From Anthoceros angustus (Eukaryota > Plantae > Anthocerotophyta), in contig VJWM01000019.1 in NCBI GenBank assembly GCA_010909165.1, positions 496,001-560,000 of the forward strand: a stretch of DNA of 64,000 nt. Reading direction: 5' to 3'. The translations under genes were made by a program, and so were the position numbers. Positions 13,049 to 24,737 of this stretch are shown piece by piece (position 1 is the first letter of the stretch; each line of letters opens with the position of its first letter). Under the pieces are notes generated by a model that was not told the DNA's origin, searched no databases, and saw nothing but the letters and a program-made list of their open reading frames with translations.

Positions 13049-13899
13049 TTCTATGCGATTTTTCTAGTTTTTTAGGTTTTTGAATCTCACCGGTATTGTA
13101 GACTTTGTTGTAACAAAAATCTTGGTATAGAAAGCTATATTTAATCAAATATAAGAAAACTTTATTATCTTTATTAAATAGATATACATATCAAATAGAT
13201 TATATTACAAGTGTGCTAGATATATAGGTCCTTCTTTTGAGAATTAACATTGAATAATGTTTTAAATATTATCTAAAAATATTATTGTATTTAATATATC
13301 TAAAATCAATAAAATTAATACAATCCTTTATAAAATAATTCATTTTCACTTCATAAGCAACAAAGAAAAAAAAATGGATACTTATATCTAGTAAGGAAGG
13401 GAATACTTTTATTGTATACATGCTCACCTACCACATGACATCTTGAAGGAGACCCAGGGTCGCAATGCTCAAGGTGGAGGAGTTAAGCTCCGTACCTAAA
13501 AACACGTGCAATGCCGATGATATCATATCATGCTTAGACATCTTCATGCCAATGATATCATAGCCAGGGCTTGGGCATCTTTGTGGTTGTCAAAGATGCA
13601 ATGCGTGCTATAACATGGTAATTCTGTAAGGAGGTTAATATGCACCATGGGGGTTTTCTGCCTTTTATTCGGCAATGAGGGTTTCCAATGGGTCTCCATT
13701 TAGGGTTTTGAATCGTGTGGTCCAAAATGCCTCGTAAAATAGGGTGTTCATCTGCCGTACAAATTTCGTGTATCGATGTAGGAGGCAAAGGGTTTTGATA
13801 ACCCCTCATACATCCATTTGGCTCCATTTCGACGGATGGGACGACCGCTTGCAGTGATGATGAAGACCGATGAGCAAAACCAGCAACTCAGCGAAAAAC

Positions 13900-14620
13900 A
13901 TGGTGCGCGGGTCCTTTTCCATTAAGTACAACTCTACCGTTAGTACAATGGTCGAGGTCAATGTCGGGCCCCTGCTCGGAAAACACAATCTAATGTCTTG
14001 ATACGGCGCCCGACCGGCGCCTCTTCACCCTCGTCCATGGACACCCTTTGACCGTGTGTAATTGTGGCCCCATTGTACACGCGAAGAGAAATAGTGTTCC
14101 CCACTTGCGGGTGAACCGTAACATGCAAAGAAGTCATACATCGAGACAGTCGGTGAGGCGGCCTATGGACATACAAACAACGCTCGTTTGGTTAACGCCC
14201 CGCAATGCGTCTTGCACATGAACACCATCTTACATCGATGTCTCGTCGTATGGATTTGTCGCTATGCTTAGGAAGGCTGGTTTCCACGCTGGTCTTTGTA
14301 ATCGCATAATAATGAGAACTTGGCGGAAGACAACGGTTTTACGGTTAAGTGCGGCTGGGAAAAATAGCCTTCCACGGACAATATAATTTGGAGAATCTAT
14401 TGAAACTTATTGAGAGGAAGGGAAGAAAAACGTGTCCACATAAGACAAAACATCTTGGCAGATGTTCATGAACTCGTCGTCTCGACGGCCATTATCATCG
14501 CAAGGCTCGCATCACCACCACTATCTTCACTATCTTCGGGCCACTTTGGCTAGTGTCATGAAGCCGCGCAATTCATTTAATTTTAGTCGATCGCCTTCTT
14601 GTCCACAGATATAAATGTTT
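13900..14620 (-). pseudogene. Possible Ulp1-like (C48) peptidase remnant inside the transposon
   Basis: Broken frames give DDEFMNICQDVLSYVDTFFFP and PASGEHYF, reminiscent of Ulp1 motifs. No clear catalytic Cys motif found. Confidence 0.3.
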
Positions 14621-14699
14621 GCGAGCATTCAAGTTGAAACCATAATATATGATCACCGTTTTGTTCACAAAAACCTTTTATGCGTTTTGTGCAAATTAG

Positions 14700-17400
14700 C
14701 TTTCCTCCTTTTCCACACAGTCACCGGGTCCCTTCATGTCGGATTATAAATTCTTCAACATACCTTCCTTCATACGCATCCGTGTGCTCATGTACCAATG
14801 AACGACAAAGTGAGGATCCGGTGCATCTAAGTGAACATCAATGACCGCCAATCCAAAACGGCTGCTCGCCGGTGCAGGGGACGCAATGAACATGTCTTTC
14901 CTTATTTCAAATGTCACCATTCAACCGTGCGCTTGTTCTTGTCTAACAACGGTTTGATATGCACCAAGGTACATATCCTGCTGGGGAAGGTCCCCGAGTA
15001 AAGCCTCCTCTAGCAACGCCTCATCGAGCACGTGAAGAACCTCGGTGTTTTCCAACTTCAATCAAAACCACTTCCATGCGTCTTGGAGTGCGAGCCCTAT
15101 ATTATTCTCCACAATAATGATCTCCTCTTGGTCCACCCAAAATTCTTCCCACCATTTATATTCCTCTGCGGTGACATATGGTCTAAGCGAGAGGCCCTCC
15201 TTCAAGTGAGCCACACCCTCGGTTGGGGATAACCGACGATGTGCCTTTCTTATCACGGCACGAAGGGATGTCGCCGTCGGTTACGTCGGGATGGGACAAA
15301 CTTCAAAAACTCCAAACCGCTGCTTTCCCATTGTGGCGATGTCGAATATTGTTTGCTTCTAATGATCACAAGGCCACGGCCGTTTTTCTTCTCTTGTAAT
15401 TTTGAACTGTGCCGGAATGGTTGTTCAATTTACGCAGCCTTGCTTGGCGTCCATCCCCTTGTCGAACGGCCAAACATAGGAGCGGAAGTCCGGAACCTCC
15501 GTTAATACCTTCACCGTGTTGGAGTGTACGCCTCTTTCAAAATTGCCGCCAATGCGGGAGAGTATGAGCTTCTGTGTTTCAAGCTCTTTGAAAACATGAA
15601 AACATTTGGTCAATTTGATCATGAGTATGTCCAACGAGAAGAAACCCCACCTTTACTTTCTCAAAAGTTCCCATATCCACTAACATGTTCGGATATGCAA
15701 AAGAAGTTGATTCTTGTTCTCCGACAAGTGTTGTCCAATTGCAAGTATAAAACCTTGTAATACTCCTCGTAGTTGTGTATCACATCCTGTATGATGATAG
15801 TCAAATTGGCGTCATTTCTCAAATTTGCGTAATGCAAGAAGGCCCTCGTTTTATCGTGTAGTTGTGAATCATACACCCAACTACGTGAGAGATGGGACTC
15901 CTCATCCAGTTCTTGACCACCTCAAAAGTGTGGTACCTCGGTTTTCTTGGTCCATCCCATCTATAGACGTAATATGTACTTATGCGGATCTCGTAACTTT
16001 TGCTCTGTGTTTGGCCATCTTCGTTTCCTCGTGCAAAAGACACGATGGCCCAAGCGACTGATATTTCATCACATAAAACAAGAACTTCACAGTCGGTTTC
16101 AAAATCCATTCTTTGCAAACACTCTAGTCATGCCCTCTCATTTATCATTACACATATACTTCACATGAGGGCCGGATTTTGGTGTAGGTGGGAGCCAAGG
16201 TCGACTTATGGAGTTCCACCCAAGGGTTTCCGTACAGGGACATAGGCGCCGGCCGGCACCTCCTCACTTAACAAGGGTGGTGGCCGCCACTAGTGTCATG
16301 ACATTGGGTGGGGCGGCCGGGCCCCCACCCAATGGAGGAGGAGGAGGGGAGGGGAGGGAGTAGTAGACAACTAACCATCCTGCAGCCTGACGCCTCATCA
16401 GGAACAGAGAGGGGCCGGCCGGCCACTCTCTGTGATATAAGGGGGCGCCGGCCGACCTAACCAAACCTCCATCCAAGAAGGCGCCCAAACCTCCAAGCGA
16501 CGGCACCGACACCTAGGACCCGATGGCCACGACAAACCGCAGTAGTTCACACAAAAAGGTTAGAAAGGACAGCATGGAGGAACAAGAGTGCCCGACCTTG
16601 ATCGACCTTACGTTTGAGTTCCGTATAGTTGTCTTCAATCCCGCATAAAGCGAGCATGTCGAGAACCGGTTTGACTTTGGGATCTTCTCTGTAGTTGCAT
16701 TTCCATAGCTTTAAGAACCACGCGTAGGTGACATATCCGAGCCCGACCTTCACTCTACTTTGTATAGCAACCATATTTCTAATTTTGTGTACGTGTCGGG
16801 AAGATTGAAAACCTCCACATTTGGGAGCCTCTCACCATGTACATAAAAGTATCCCATCCAAGCTATGGCCCCTAGCGCATGCGAGACCGTATGGGGTTTG
16901 TTAAACCATCCACGGTGAGTTGAAGAACTCTAGCCTTCAACTCCTCATACCGGATGTGTCCCACACAATAAACCCTTAAAGCCTTGAGACAACATCGATC
17001 GAACACTCCCATAACATGAGTGACAACTTTTCCTTTATCATTGGTCCCTGTCGCGATGGACTAGAGATCGAAGGAATGTCTCGCTCTTGTCTCGCACATT
17101 CTTATGAATCTATACCGCTGCTCGAAATCTTTCTTTTCACAATTCTGCAAGCACATCCGCAACAAGGTTTCCGAGTCACCGTCACAATGTCCACTTCACT
17201 CTTCCTCAACGACACGCCGGGCCGTCGCTCGCCGACATAACGCACGAGTCCGACGTCTGCAATGTCTCGCTCAAAGGTTTCGGGTGAAACGATCTTTGCA
17301 CATCATCCTCCGGAGGTGATTGGAAGTCGCCCGCTCGATGGGACCTCTATCGGACGACCGTCAGCTCCTCGGGACCGGTATGTTTTGCCTACCCATACCC
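14700..17400 (-). pseudogene. DUF7869/Sola-like DDE transposase, frameshifted
   Basis: SIDGMDQ (15947-15964), YLQLDNT (15728-15747) and FLLVGHTHDQIDQMFS (about 15600-15645). N-terminal CLKAL..GHIRY and TYAWFLKLWK. C-terminal FIA...VHWY. A GC-rich intron or insert lies at about 16050-16580. Confidence 0.85.
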
Positions 17401-19788
17401 ATCGCCATGAACAAGCCACGGCGGGCAATCATGCGAACATCGTCCCTTCAACCCCAACTCTCACCGGAGGCGCCGCCTATGGTCGCATACAAGTTGATTT
17501 CTTGGCGCCATCGGAACACCATGCGGCATACTTGGCGAAGACAATTCCGACGTCGGCGTCTTTCCTGCACAAGTGACATCCACTCAATTCCCACAATGTG
17601 CTATAACGGACTCTTCACAAGCCCCTTAACACACTAACCTTGCGGAGGATGGCGAGGCGAGGTGGCGGAGGGTTCAAAAGATCAAGCCTCCTCGCCTTTT
17701 GGGAGTCCGCCAGCCTCAAGTATCGGGAGGGTTCTTCTACATAAGCCGATGCTGCGTGCAAATGTGCATTTGCCGGTTAACAGTTGGTGATAGCACAAAT
17801 GAATCGACATGACACACGGTGGTGCACTTTCCACTCACGTCCTCCATATCGTGTGTGTCGCGCAACATTGCTAGTCAAGTCGCCGACAAGTCACGCTTGG
17901 TAGACTCCTTGCAAGCGAAATGGTTGGTAAGTGTGGTTTGCGTCGAGCGCCGACTTAGTACCCATACGACGCGACTTCATTGCACATAACGGCGAGGAAA
18001 TCCAATGAGGCGCGGATATCGCGTCCCGCCACGGATAAGAATACCGCAATCGATGGATAAGTCACGGTGTCATAAATACATGCATAGGAGAATAAGGTCC
18101 ACTTAACTACCACCTTTCACACATCGTGGTTTCTAACTTTGGTTAACGTGGTGAGCGTAACCTAATCGTCCAGGGGTTAAGAGTTCCTTTATGGTAACGG
18201 TGTTCCACTTGCAACCTGCGCACTCGGTAACGCTCCACACCATGAGGCCTCCATCACCGTGTGTGGCGGCGTGTGTGAAGGAGGGACCTACGGTGTCGCC
18301 TTTGCAAAGAGCGTGTTCCGTGTCAACCGGTGCACAAGGCATCCTGCGGCGAGAACTCCACAATTTCCATTCCAAGCCCAATTTGTGAGTGATGCAACTT
18401 TGTTTCAGCTCAGCAGGCGGCCTGCAGAACGGCGGCATGGACGACGGAGCAAGAAGGATTTGGCGGATGCGGCGGCCGACCTCCTCCCAAGTAAGAAAAT
18501 CCGAGGCGGAGAAGCGGGCTAGTGTGCCCAGGGACTTGGGAAAGGCAGCCATCGCGTGATCGGGAGGTGGTGAGCAAGCCAAGGGTGGGCATGCATCGGG
18601 CGGGCAAGCGAAATCTAGCTGACGTCGGGCCGCGACAACGGTGGAAAGAGGGGAGCTGGAGTGGAGAAGTCACAAAGCCTGGCAGCCGCGCCGATTCCTT
18701 CGCCTTCACCTACGAGGAGGCTGATCATTCGGCGCCCGAATGCTCGGATGGATCTCAATCTGCTGAGAAAGATTGGATGGTGACACGTGATGCAGCGAGG
18801 ATGAGAACCTGGACTCCACTATTGAAATTGTGGATCATGGGTTAGGGAGCATTGCCTAACCAAAGAGCGAGGTGGATGGGTAGTATGGGCGACCTCGGAC
18901 ATGGACGAAGAACCGGTGTTCACGTTGTTTTGCACAACAAGGCCTCGGAGTTTGACGTTGATTCAAGACCCTCAAATGTATAGGGCGTATGAGCTCGCCC
19001 TTGGGTTTCAGCTAAGAAATGTGGTCCTCCCGAGCTTGTCGAGGTATTTCGAGAAGCAATGCGCCGAGTGTAAGCAGATATGCCATGGACTGTGAATTTT
19101 GTTTTGTTGTTTTGTCATCACCGATGTGCTTTCTCCTCGATTTGCATCATGTTTCGCCGCAGCCACCCAGTGGAAGAGCTCTTATCGATGTGGAAAGGTG
19201 TTTGACATCTTGTAGCAAAGCGTATTGTCTATGAGGAGAGCGAGAGAGCACAGGAATGAGGATGATGCAGAGCAGTGCAGAAGATGATAGTGAACTGGGA
19301 CCATCCGACGAGGATGATGGCCCGATCCGATGTCCGGGTCATTCGATGGAGAAGGGTCAGCGACCAAGACGAGGATAGGGATGCAGAGGACATCATGAAC
19401 TTTGCGACCTTGTTCTACCGTCCGATCGCGTGATAATCGGGCGCCGGCCGCGCCGACCGGGCGGATGGGGAAGACGATGACCCCAAACCCAAACCGGTTT
19501 GTCCGCCTGCTGGGGAGATGGACTAGGCCGGCGCCGGTGCCATTCGCACAAGAAGGAGGAGGGCGCCGGCCGGCGCCTGTGAGGGCGAAGAGGAGCCAGG
19601 CGTGATGTGGTGGAGCGAGGTGGGAAGCAAGAGAGCACCTACGGATGTCTCCCGCCAGACGGACGAGTGGCGATGTGGCGGTGTAGTGGGAAGAAGAAGT
19701 CAAGAGAGATGGAGGAAAAGGGGACCATCCGGAAAACATTGCCACTGCTCATGTTCGTGCAGACGAGGAAAAGGAGGATGCTATCGAG

Positions 19789-20560
19789 ATGCGCTTTGAC
19801 ACGAATTCGGGACTCTTACTCCAAGAAGGTGGTTCGAAGATTAGTGAAGTGGAGAATTTGAAACCAAAGATCCCATATTACACCGATGAGATAAGGAGAG
19901 TGGACGAGGCATGGGCAAATTATTTGGCTCGTGTAATATCGAAGGGAAGGATTGAGGAGGGTGTTGCCTCTCCTTTGCATGATCGACCCGACGAGTGTGA
20001 CAACCGCAAGTTGGAGGAAAAGGTTCGAGCGAAGAAATATGTTATGGGCGTTCTTGGTGGGAACCATACCTTTGCAGCCATGAAACATTTGGCGATATAT
20101 CTGGGAAAACACGCCCAATATGTGGAAGCTCATGTATTGTCGACGGTGGCGGAAATGCGAGTAGCAATGCATCACACACGATGTCGACAAAAGGAAGAAG
20201 ATGTCCTTCATTGAGCGGTCGTACTTGAGGGACGAACGCTTATTGCGCGAGATGATGTCCAGATGACCATGAATTGGAAATTCAACCTATACCGTGTATT
20301 GGGCTTGATTGAGGACGACGGAGGTCGGAAGACGATGTTTACAAGCGAATAAGGTGGACAATCGGACCCACATCTTATGCATTGAAACAGAGGGAAGGTT
20401 TGGGACAACGTGGATCGAATATTTTCAAAATGGGAGGTGGAGAATTGCGGAGAAAAACATGTTCAACAAGTAAGAAGGGCAAAGGCAAACGGAAGGTACA
20501 AGAGGAGGCTCGGTTGTTGACACTGTTACGTGAAGTCAAGGATATGCTAGCAAAGCCGTG
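19789..20560 (+). pseudogene. ParB/sulfiredoxin-like domain, part of a long decayed cargo ORF
   Basis: IRRVDEAWANYLARVISKG...YVMGVLGGNHTFAAMKHL has a GGNH(R/T)-type ParB signature. Downstream: VWDNVDRIFSKWE. Stops and frameshifts present. Confidence 0.55.
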
Positions 20561-21254
20561 GAAATCGTTCAAAGGATTCCACTGGAGAGTGCGGTCGTGG
20601 ATACTCACCGAGAAGGTGTTGAGTGTATTATCGACCTAAAAGGTATGGATGAGGAGATTACCTTACGGAAGAAGTTTCATGTTATACAAGTGGCTATGGT
20701 AAAACACTTGGGCTGCTCATCATTCAAGAGGTTAGGTGGAATATCCTTTGCATTCGTCGACGAAATGATAGCTCGGTTCAGACGGCATTATTTGGGAAGG
20801 TGTGCCATACTACCCATCGCTTTCTAATTCTCTCATATGTACATAAACCCTAACGTTCTTGCGGCTGGCCGAGGCCACTTCCACATGTGATGTGGGGACC
20901 GGAGTTGCCTAAGGCGCCACCGGCGCCCATCTCAGATCCACTCCATAGGCTGAGGGCGCCGGCCGGCGCCTCAGCCTTGAGATCTACGGGTGCATAATGT
21001 TTCACGCATACCGATATGCACTTACTCGTTTTGCCCGCAAAGAATTGAAGGATATAGACAACTTGCGAAAATGCCGGAGGACTTTAAGAATTTCATTTTC
21101 GAGATCAATAATTGGAAGAGTTTGGAAGAGAGCGAGTGGCGTATAGATCTTCATGAAGGGCTGCACATTTTCCGTCGTGATCGAAGGAGGTTCATTACCA
21201 AGTGGAGAAGCGAGATATTTTGGAGATGCGGGGCTACCTTGGTGAGGAGGTACA

Positions 21255-21800
21255 CCGTTAGTCATGGATGTGCCCAGAGGCTTTGATATTGGGCCTATGG
21301 ACAAACGGATGGATGCCACTATGTTGAGTCTGATTTTCAGTTTCATGAGAAAACTAAGACTTCCGCATGATTGTCATGCATGGAGTGGAGGAAGCCCACA
21401 CAGACGGAATCGATGAGGTGTAAGAAGGGTGGCTGGTGTCTTCGTGTGGGATAAAACTAACATGAGCAATGATAGGGGCCGATTTGAAACAGTGGAGTAT
21501 GTGACTGTCGGATGGGGCTTGAAAGATGGGTGTTCAAAGGATCGAGCTCCGATGATGCCGAATGCCATGCATGGCACTTTTAACAATGGGAGGTCCGTCA
21601 TAGGCCATGACACTGTGGTAAAGAAGCAGGTGTACTTGTCCCATGATAAGTTGGTGGTATGCCCATACCAAAGGCCTCTTGGGCTGATGATGAAATTGAT
21701 CAAGACCTTCTCAAAAGAAGGAGACGGGTGGTGGACGCTAAGTGGCACAACGGTATTAGCACCTTGGTGGAAGAAACGTATCGCCATCGGCGGACTTACG
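21255..21800 (+). pseudogene. beta-class amino-DNA methyltransferase (N6_N4_Mtase-like), decayed
   Basis: In order: LVMDVPRGF (motif-IV position, 21267-21281), FVWDKTN..GRFETVEY, and CPYQRPLGLMMKLIKTFSKEGD. A frameshift then gives VVDA-[deleted FxG]-SGTTVLA...KRIAIG. Motif order IV then X/I is the beta arrangement. Confidence 0.75.
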
Positions 21801-22756
21801 GTGTCTTTGGATACATCCCCAGCGCATCCACGACACGAGGTTCTCCGGATGTCAAGAAGAGCTTACCTTGAGCCCCATCGCAGGCCCTTCGCAGCTGGGC
21901 AAAGGAGGTTTGTATAAGTGAAAAGGATTGTTCAAAGGCCCAAGTTGTTTCTTTGAGTGCCGGAGGATGAAGACCGGCGAATTGTTGGAGGAAGGACAAG
22001 AAACGCTGGATACCATATGGCAACCTCCCACGTCCGCGTCCAAGCGGAGGTTAACAACGATGACAACGCTTTGGGTGAGAATGACGGTGAAGAAGAACTG
22101 GAGCGTATGAAACCTAGTAGTTTTAGATTCGCTGCTCAGGCCCGTTGAGACCGAATAGCCCGCACGAGTAACCGGATCCAATGTATTAGGATTCCGGACA
22201 TAAACTTCATTATGCCATGTGTCTATCGGTGCCATTTTCGAAGTGCACATTTAAAACGTCCCTCTTCCATCATGGCTTCATCCGGTGCCGCCAGCCGCCC
22301 CGCACTGTCGTACTGTATGCCTCAATTGTGTTGTTCATGACTTAGTCAGGGGCCAAGAATGGTCCATTGTCAGGAGACTGTGATGGCTTTGCGTGATTTA
22401 GATACCGAGTGATTTTCGTCAAAGGGGTTCTGAAACACCGGAAGGGGGTTCGTATATAAACCTCCTTACAGAATTACCATGTTCTATCATCCTCATTGTA
22501 ACGGTTGCCCTTGCTATAGTCCTTTGAGACACATGCTTTCAAAAGAAGACAATGAAATAAGCCTAGAGTAGCAGTAGCAAATATACCTCCATGAAAAATA
22601 TGCTTTGACACAAACGTTGAAAATCTTATCATAGTCCATAGGACAGGGTTAGCCCTACTCCATACCTAAGCGAATGGTACGCTTTGGCCCAAGCCTTGTT
22701 AAATGTATCAAAGTTCTTTGCCAAGGCTAGTAAGTCTTCGGGAGATACCCGGGATA

Positions 22757-22812
22757 TTCAATTATGCGGGACCCGCATAATTGAACAATTATGCGGGACC
22801 CGCATAATTGAA
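22757..22812. repeat. Tandem pair of a near-perfect 29-bp palindrome
   Basis: TTCAATTATGCGGG-A-CCCGCATAATTGAA (22757-22785) is followed directly by CAATTATGCGGGACCCGCATAATTGAA. Confidence 0.95.
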
Positions 22813-24260
22813 GATGAGGGGGTGGCAGTCAGGCCCTACCGGAGTGTGTTGGTATTCTCACATGTAGAAAAGAAGCACACACTCAACCATGCAAATATAT
22901 TACCTCCTACACAGACTGCAGGCACATTCACAAAGATGCTTCCTTCCACACACACATACGTCCCACACCCTGGCAGGCTTCACCACATCAACACTTCAAC
23001 ATCAGACACTTCTCAGAGCTGTAGCCCAGCTCCCAAAACTCACAAGAGTTGCCTAATCTCTCAACACACATTGCTTGGATTTCATATAGGGATACAAGCT
23101 AACAGCTACCGGGCAATTCTTGGTGTAGGGTTTTGTTGATCGCAGCTTGGCTGTCTTCGCTTCGTCCTCCTCGTGTTCGCCAGCTCCCTTGCCGCTAATG
23201 CTATTCGCGTTTTGGCGCTCCGAGTACGTTGCTTATTTTCATTTATCCCAAATTACTAGCTAATATCCACTTTATCGCTAATAATCAATTGCTAGTATAT
23301 CGATATCCACTAATTTCGTTAATGGTTGCTAATCATTGCTTATTTGCGATGACACACAACCATGATTGACATGGCCCTCATGCATTCCCTTATACTTGAG
23401 TCTACTTCCCCTTTCAATGCTTCTTATGTTGTCCAAACTAGGAGATTTGAGATTATGTACTTCTTTTATAGTAAAGTCTTGTGTTTTAAGGGTTTGTTAC
23501 TACTAGTATGAAACACGTATGTTTGCTCTCAGTTGACAAAATATTCAAAGTACATATTTTTTCGCGAGAATCCAAAGTACATACTAACTATCCCTCCAAG
23601 ACTTATGATACTTGCTTTCCCAAGCTCGTGCAAATGTAAATGATCCCCGTGAAGTTGTGAGTCACAAATATAAGTGTCACAAACATGTCTCTAATAAAGT
23701 TGCGAGTCACTTGTGGAGGCTCAAGCAAGCCTACCCAGGTGGTAGGAATTATCTCAAAGGCTCTCTAGTTAAGGGACTACTTGATGCAAGGATGGGGGAA
23801 TAAACATATATGGATTACGATATATGATATGAACCCTATGAGGCGCACTATGCTAGAGCCGACCCCAACCCCTTTCGGATGCATAAAGACCTTGCACAAA
23901 GTTGCAAGGGAGCTAACAGCTTCTTTGGTAATCATGACAATACCTACATAATAGATACTCTTGAAAAATATCCTTATAGTTTTTTTGAATGATTTTTCAG
24001 CAAATAAATGAACCATACAATACAATTCATAGAAGTAATGAAGCATAGGTTTTATTCACTTGAAAGAAGGAAAATAATCTTTATCAAAGACTCTCTCGAG
24101 ATATAATAAAAAGCTAGCGATATAATATGCTCTCTCATGACTATATATGTGAGCCCTTCACCTCATAATCTATCACTATTATTCTCTTGACATTGCTATC
24201 TTTGTGGAGAGGATCCTTATTTGCAACTAACTACATTCTTATTGTCTATCATTGTTAGAA

Positions 24261-24737
24261 ATGGCACTCTTGAAGGTCATGATTTTCTTGCAAATGACAA
24301 TGTACATGTTTGCTGCCTTTGTGCATGTTGCCCATTGTAATAGCCAAGTGTTGATAGAGGGCTATCAGTTGTCTTCTGGTGATGGATTGATATTGTGGCC
24401 TCACTTATTCACCATGCAATCTGATTGCAACTTGGTACTCTACAACCAGCAGACAAATATACCAATATGGTCTTCCAACACTCCGAACAAGGGTTTGTTA
24501 TGCTACTTTAAGATGGAAACGAATGGCAATGCTGAGATATTCACTGGTGATAATAATTCAATTTTTAGCACCGGAACTTGCTGTGGCCAAGATGGTGCTC
24601 ACTACATCATCTTGCAGGACGATGGGAATGTAGTCATGTACAATGGGAATGGTGCCAAACTTTGGTCTACCGACACTAGTGGCAAGAAGGTTTCCAATTC
24701 AACTCTTATACCTGGCCCTTCCAAATCGGCTATTTGA
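24261..24737 (+). CDS. Secreted GNA-type (bulb/B-lectin) mannose-binding lectin, intronless
   Basis: Hydrophobic signal peptide. QxDxNxVxY sites MQSDCNLVLY and LQDDGNVVMY, with a degenerate middle site METNGNAEIF. WSSNT and WST repeats. Confidence 0.92.
   Translation: MALLKVMIFLQMTMYMFAAFVHVAHCNSQVLIEGYQLSSGDGLILWPHLFTMQSDCNLVLYNQQTNIPIWSSNTPNKGLLCYFKMETNGNAEIFTGDNNSIFSTGTCCGQDGAHYIILQDDGNVVMYNGNGAKLWSTDTSGKKVSNSTLIPGPSKSAI

Larger units (their letters stand above)
13612..22483. mobile_element. Sola/DUF7869-like TIR DNA transposon (8,872 bp) with ParB-like/methyltransferase cargo
   Basis: Perfect 25-bp TIR AACATGGTAATTCTGTAAGGAGGTT at 13612-13636 and its reverse complement at 22459-22483. 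4-bp TSD CTAT at 13608-13611 and 22484-22487. Internal transposase remnants. Confidence 0.9.

Noticed and set aside
13530-13611. Empty-site frame KDYSKGNRYNEDDSTHCIFDNHKDAQALAMISLA across the transposon insertion, gag-like
   Set aside because: Too short to assign; only weakly consistent with a decayed copia gag.
13958-14176. ORF resembling a Helitron/PIF1 helicase C-terminus (LRVYNGATITHGQ)
   Set aside because: No Walker motifs or Rep domain nearby. The region lies inside a TIR/TSD-bounded DDE element.
22845-23140. Possible solo LTR starting TGTTGG
   Set aside because: No matching CA end, TSD or second copy found.
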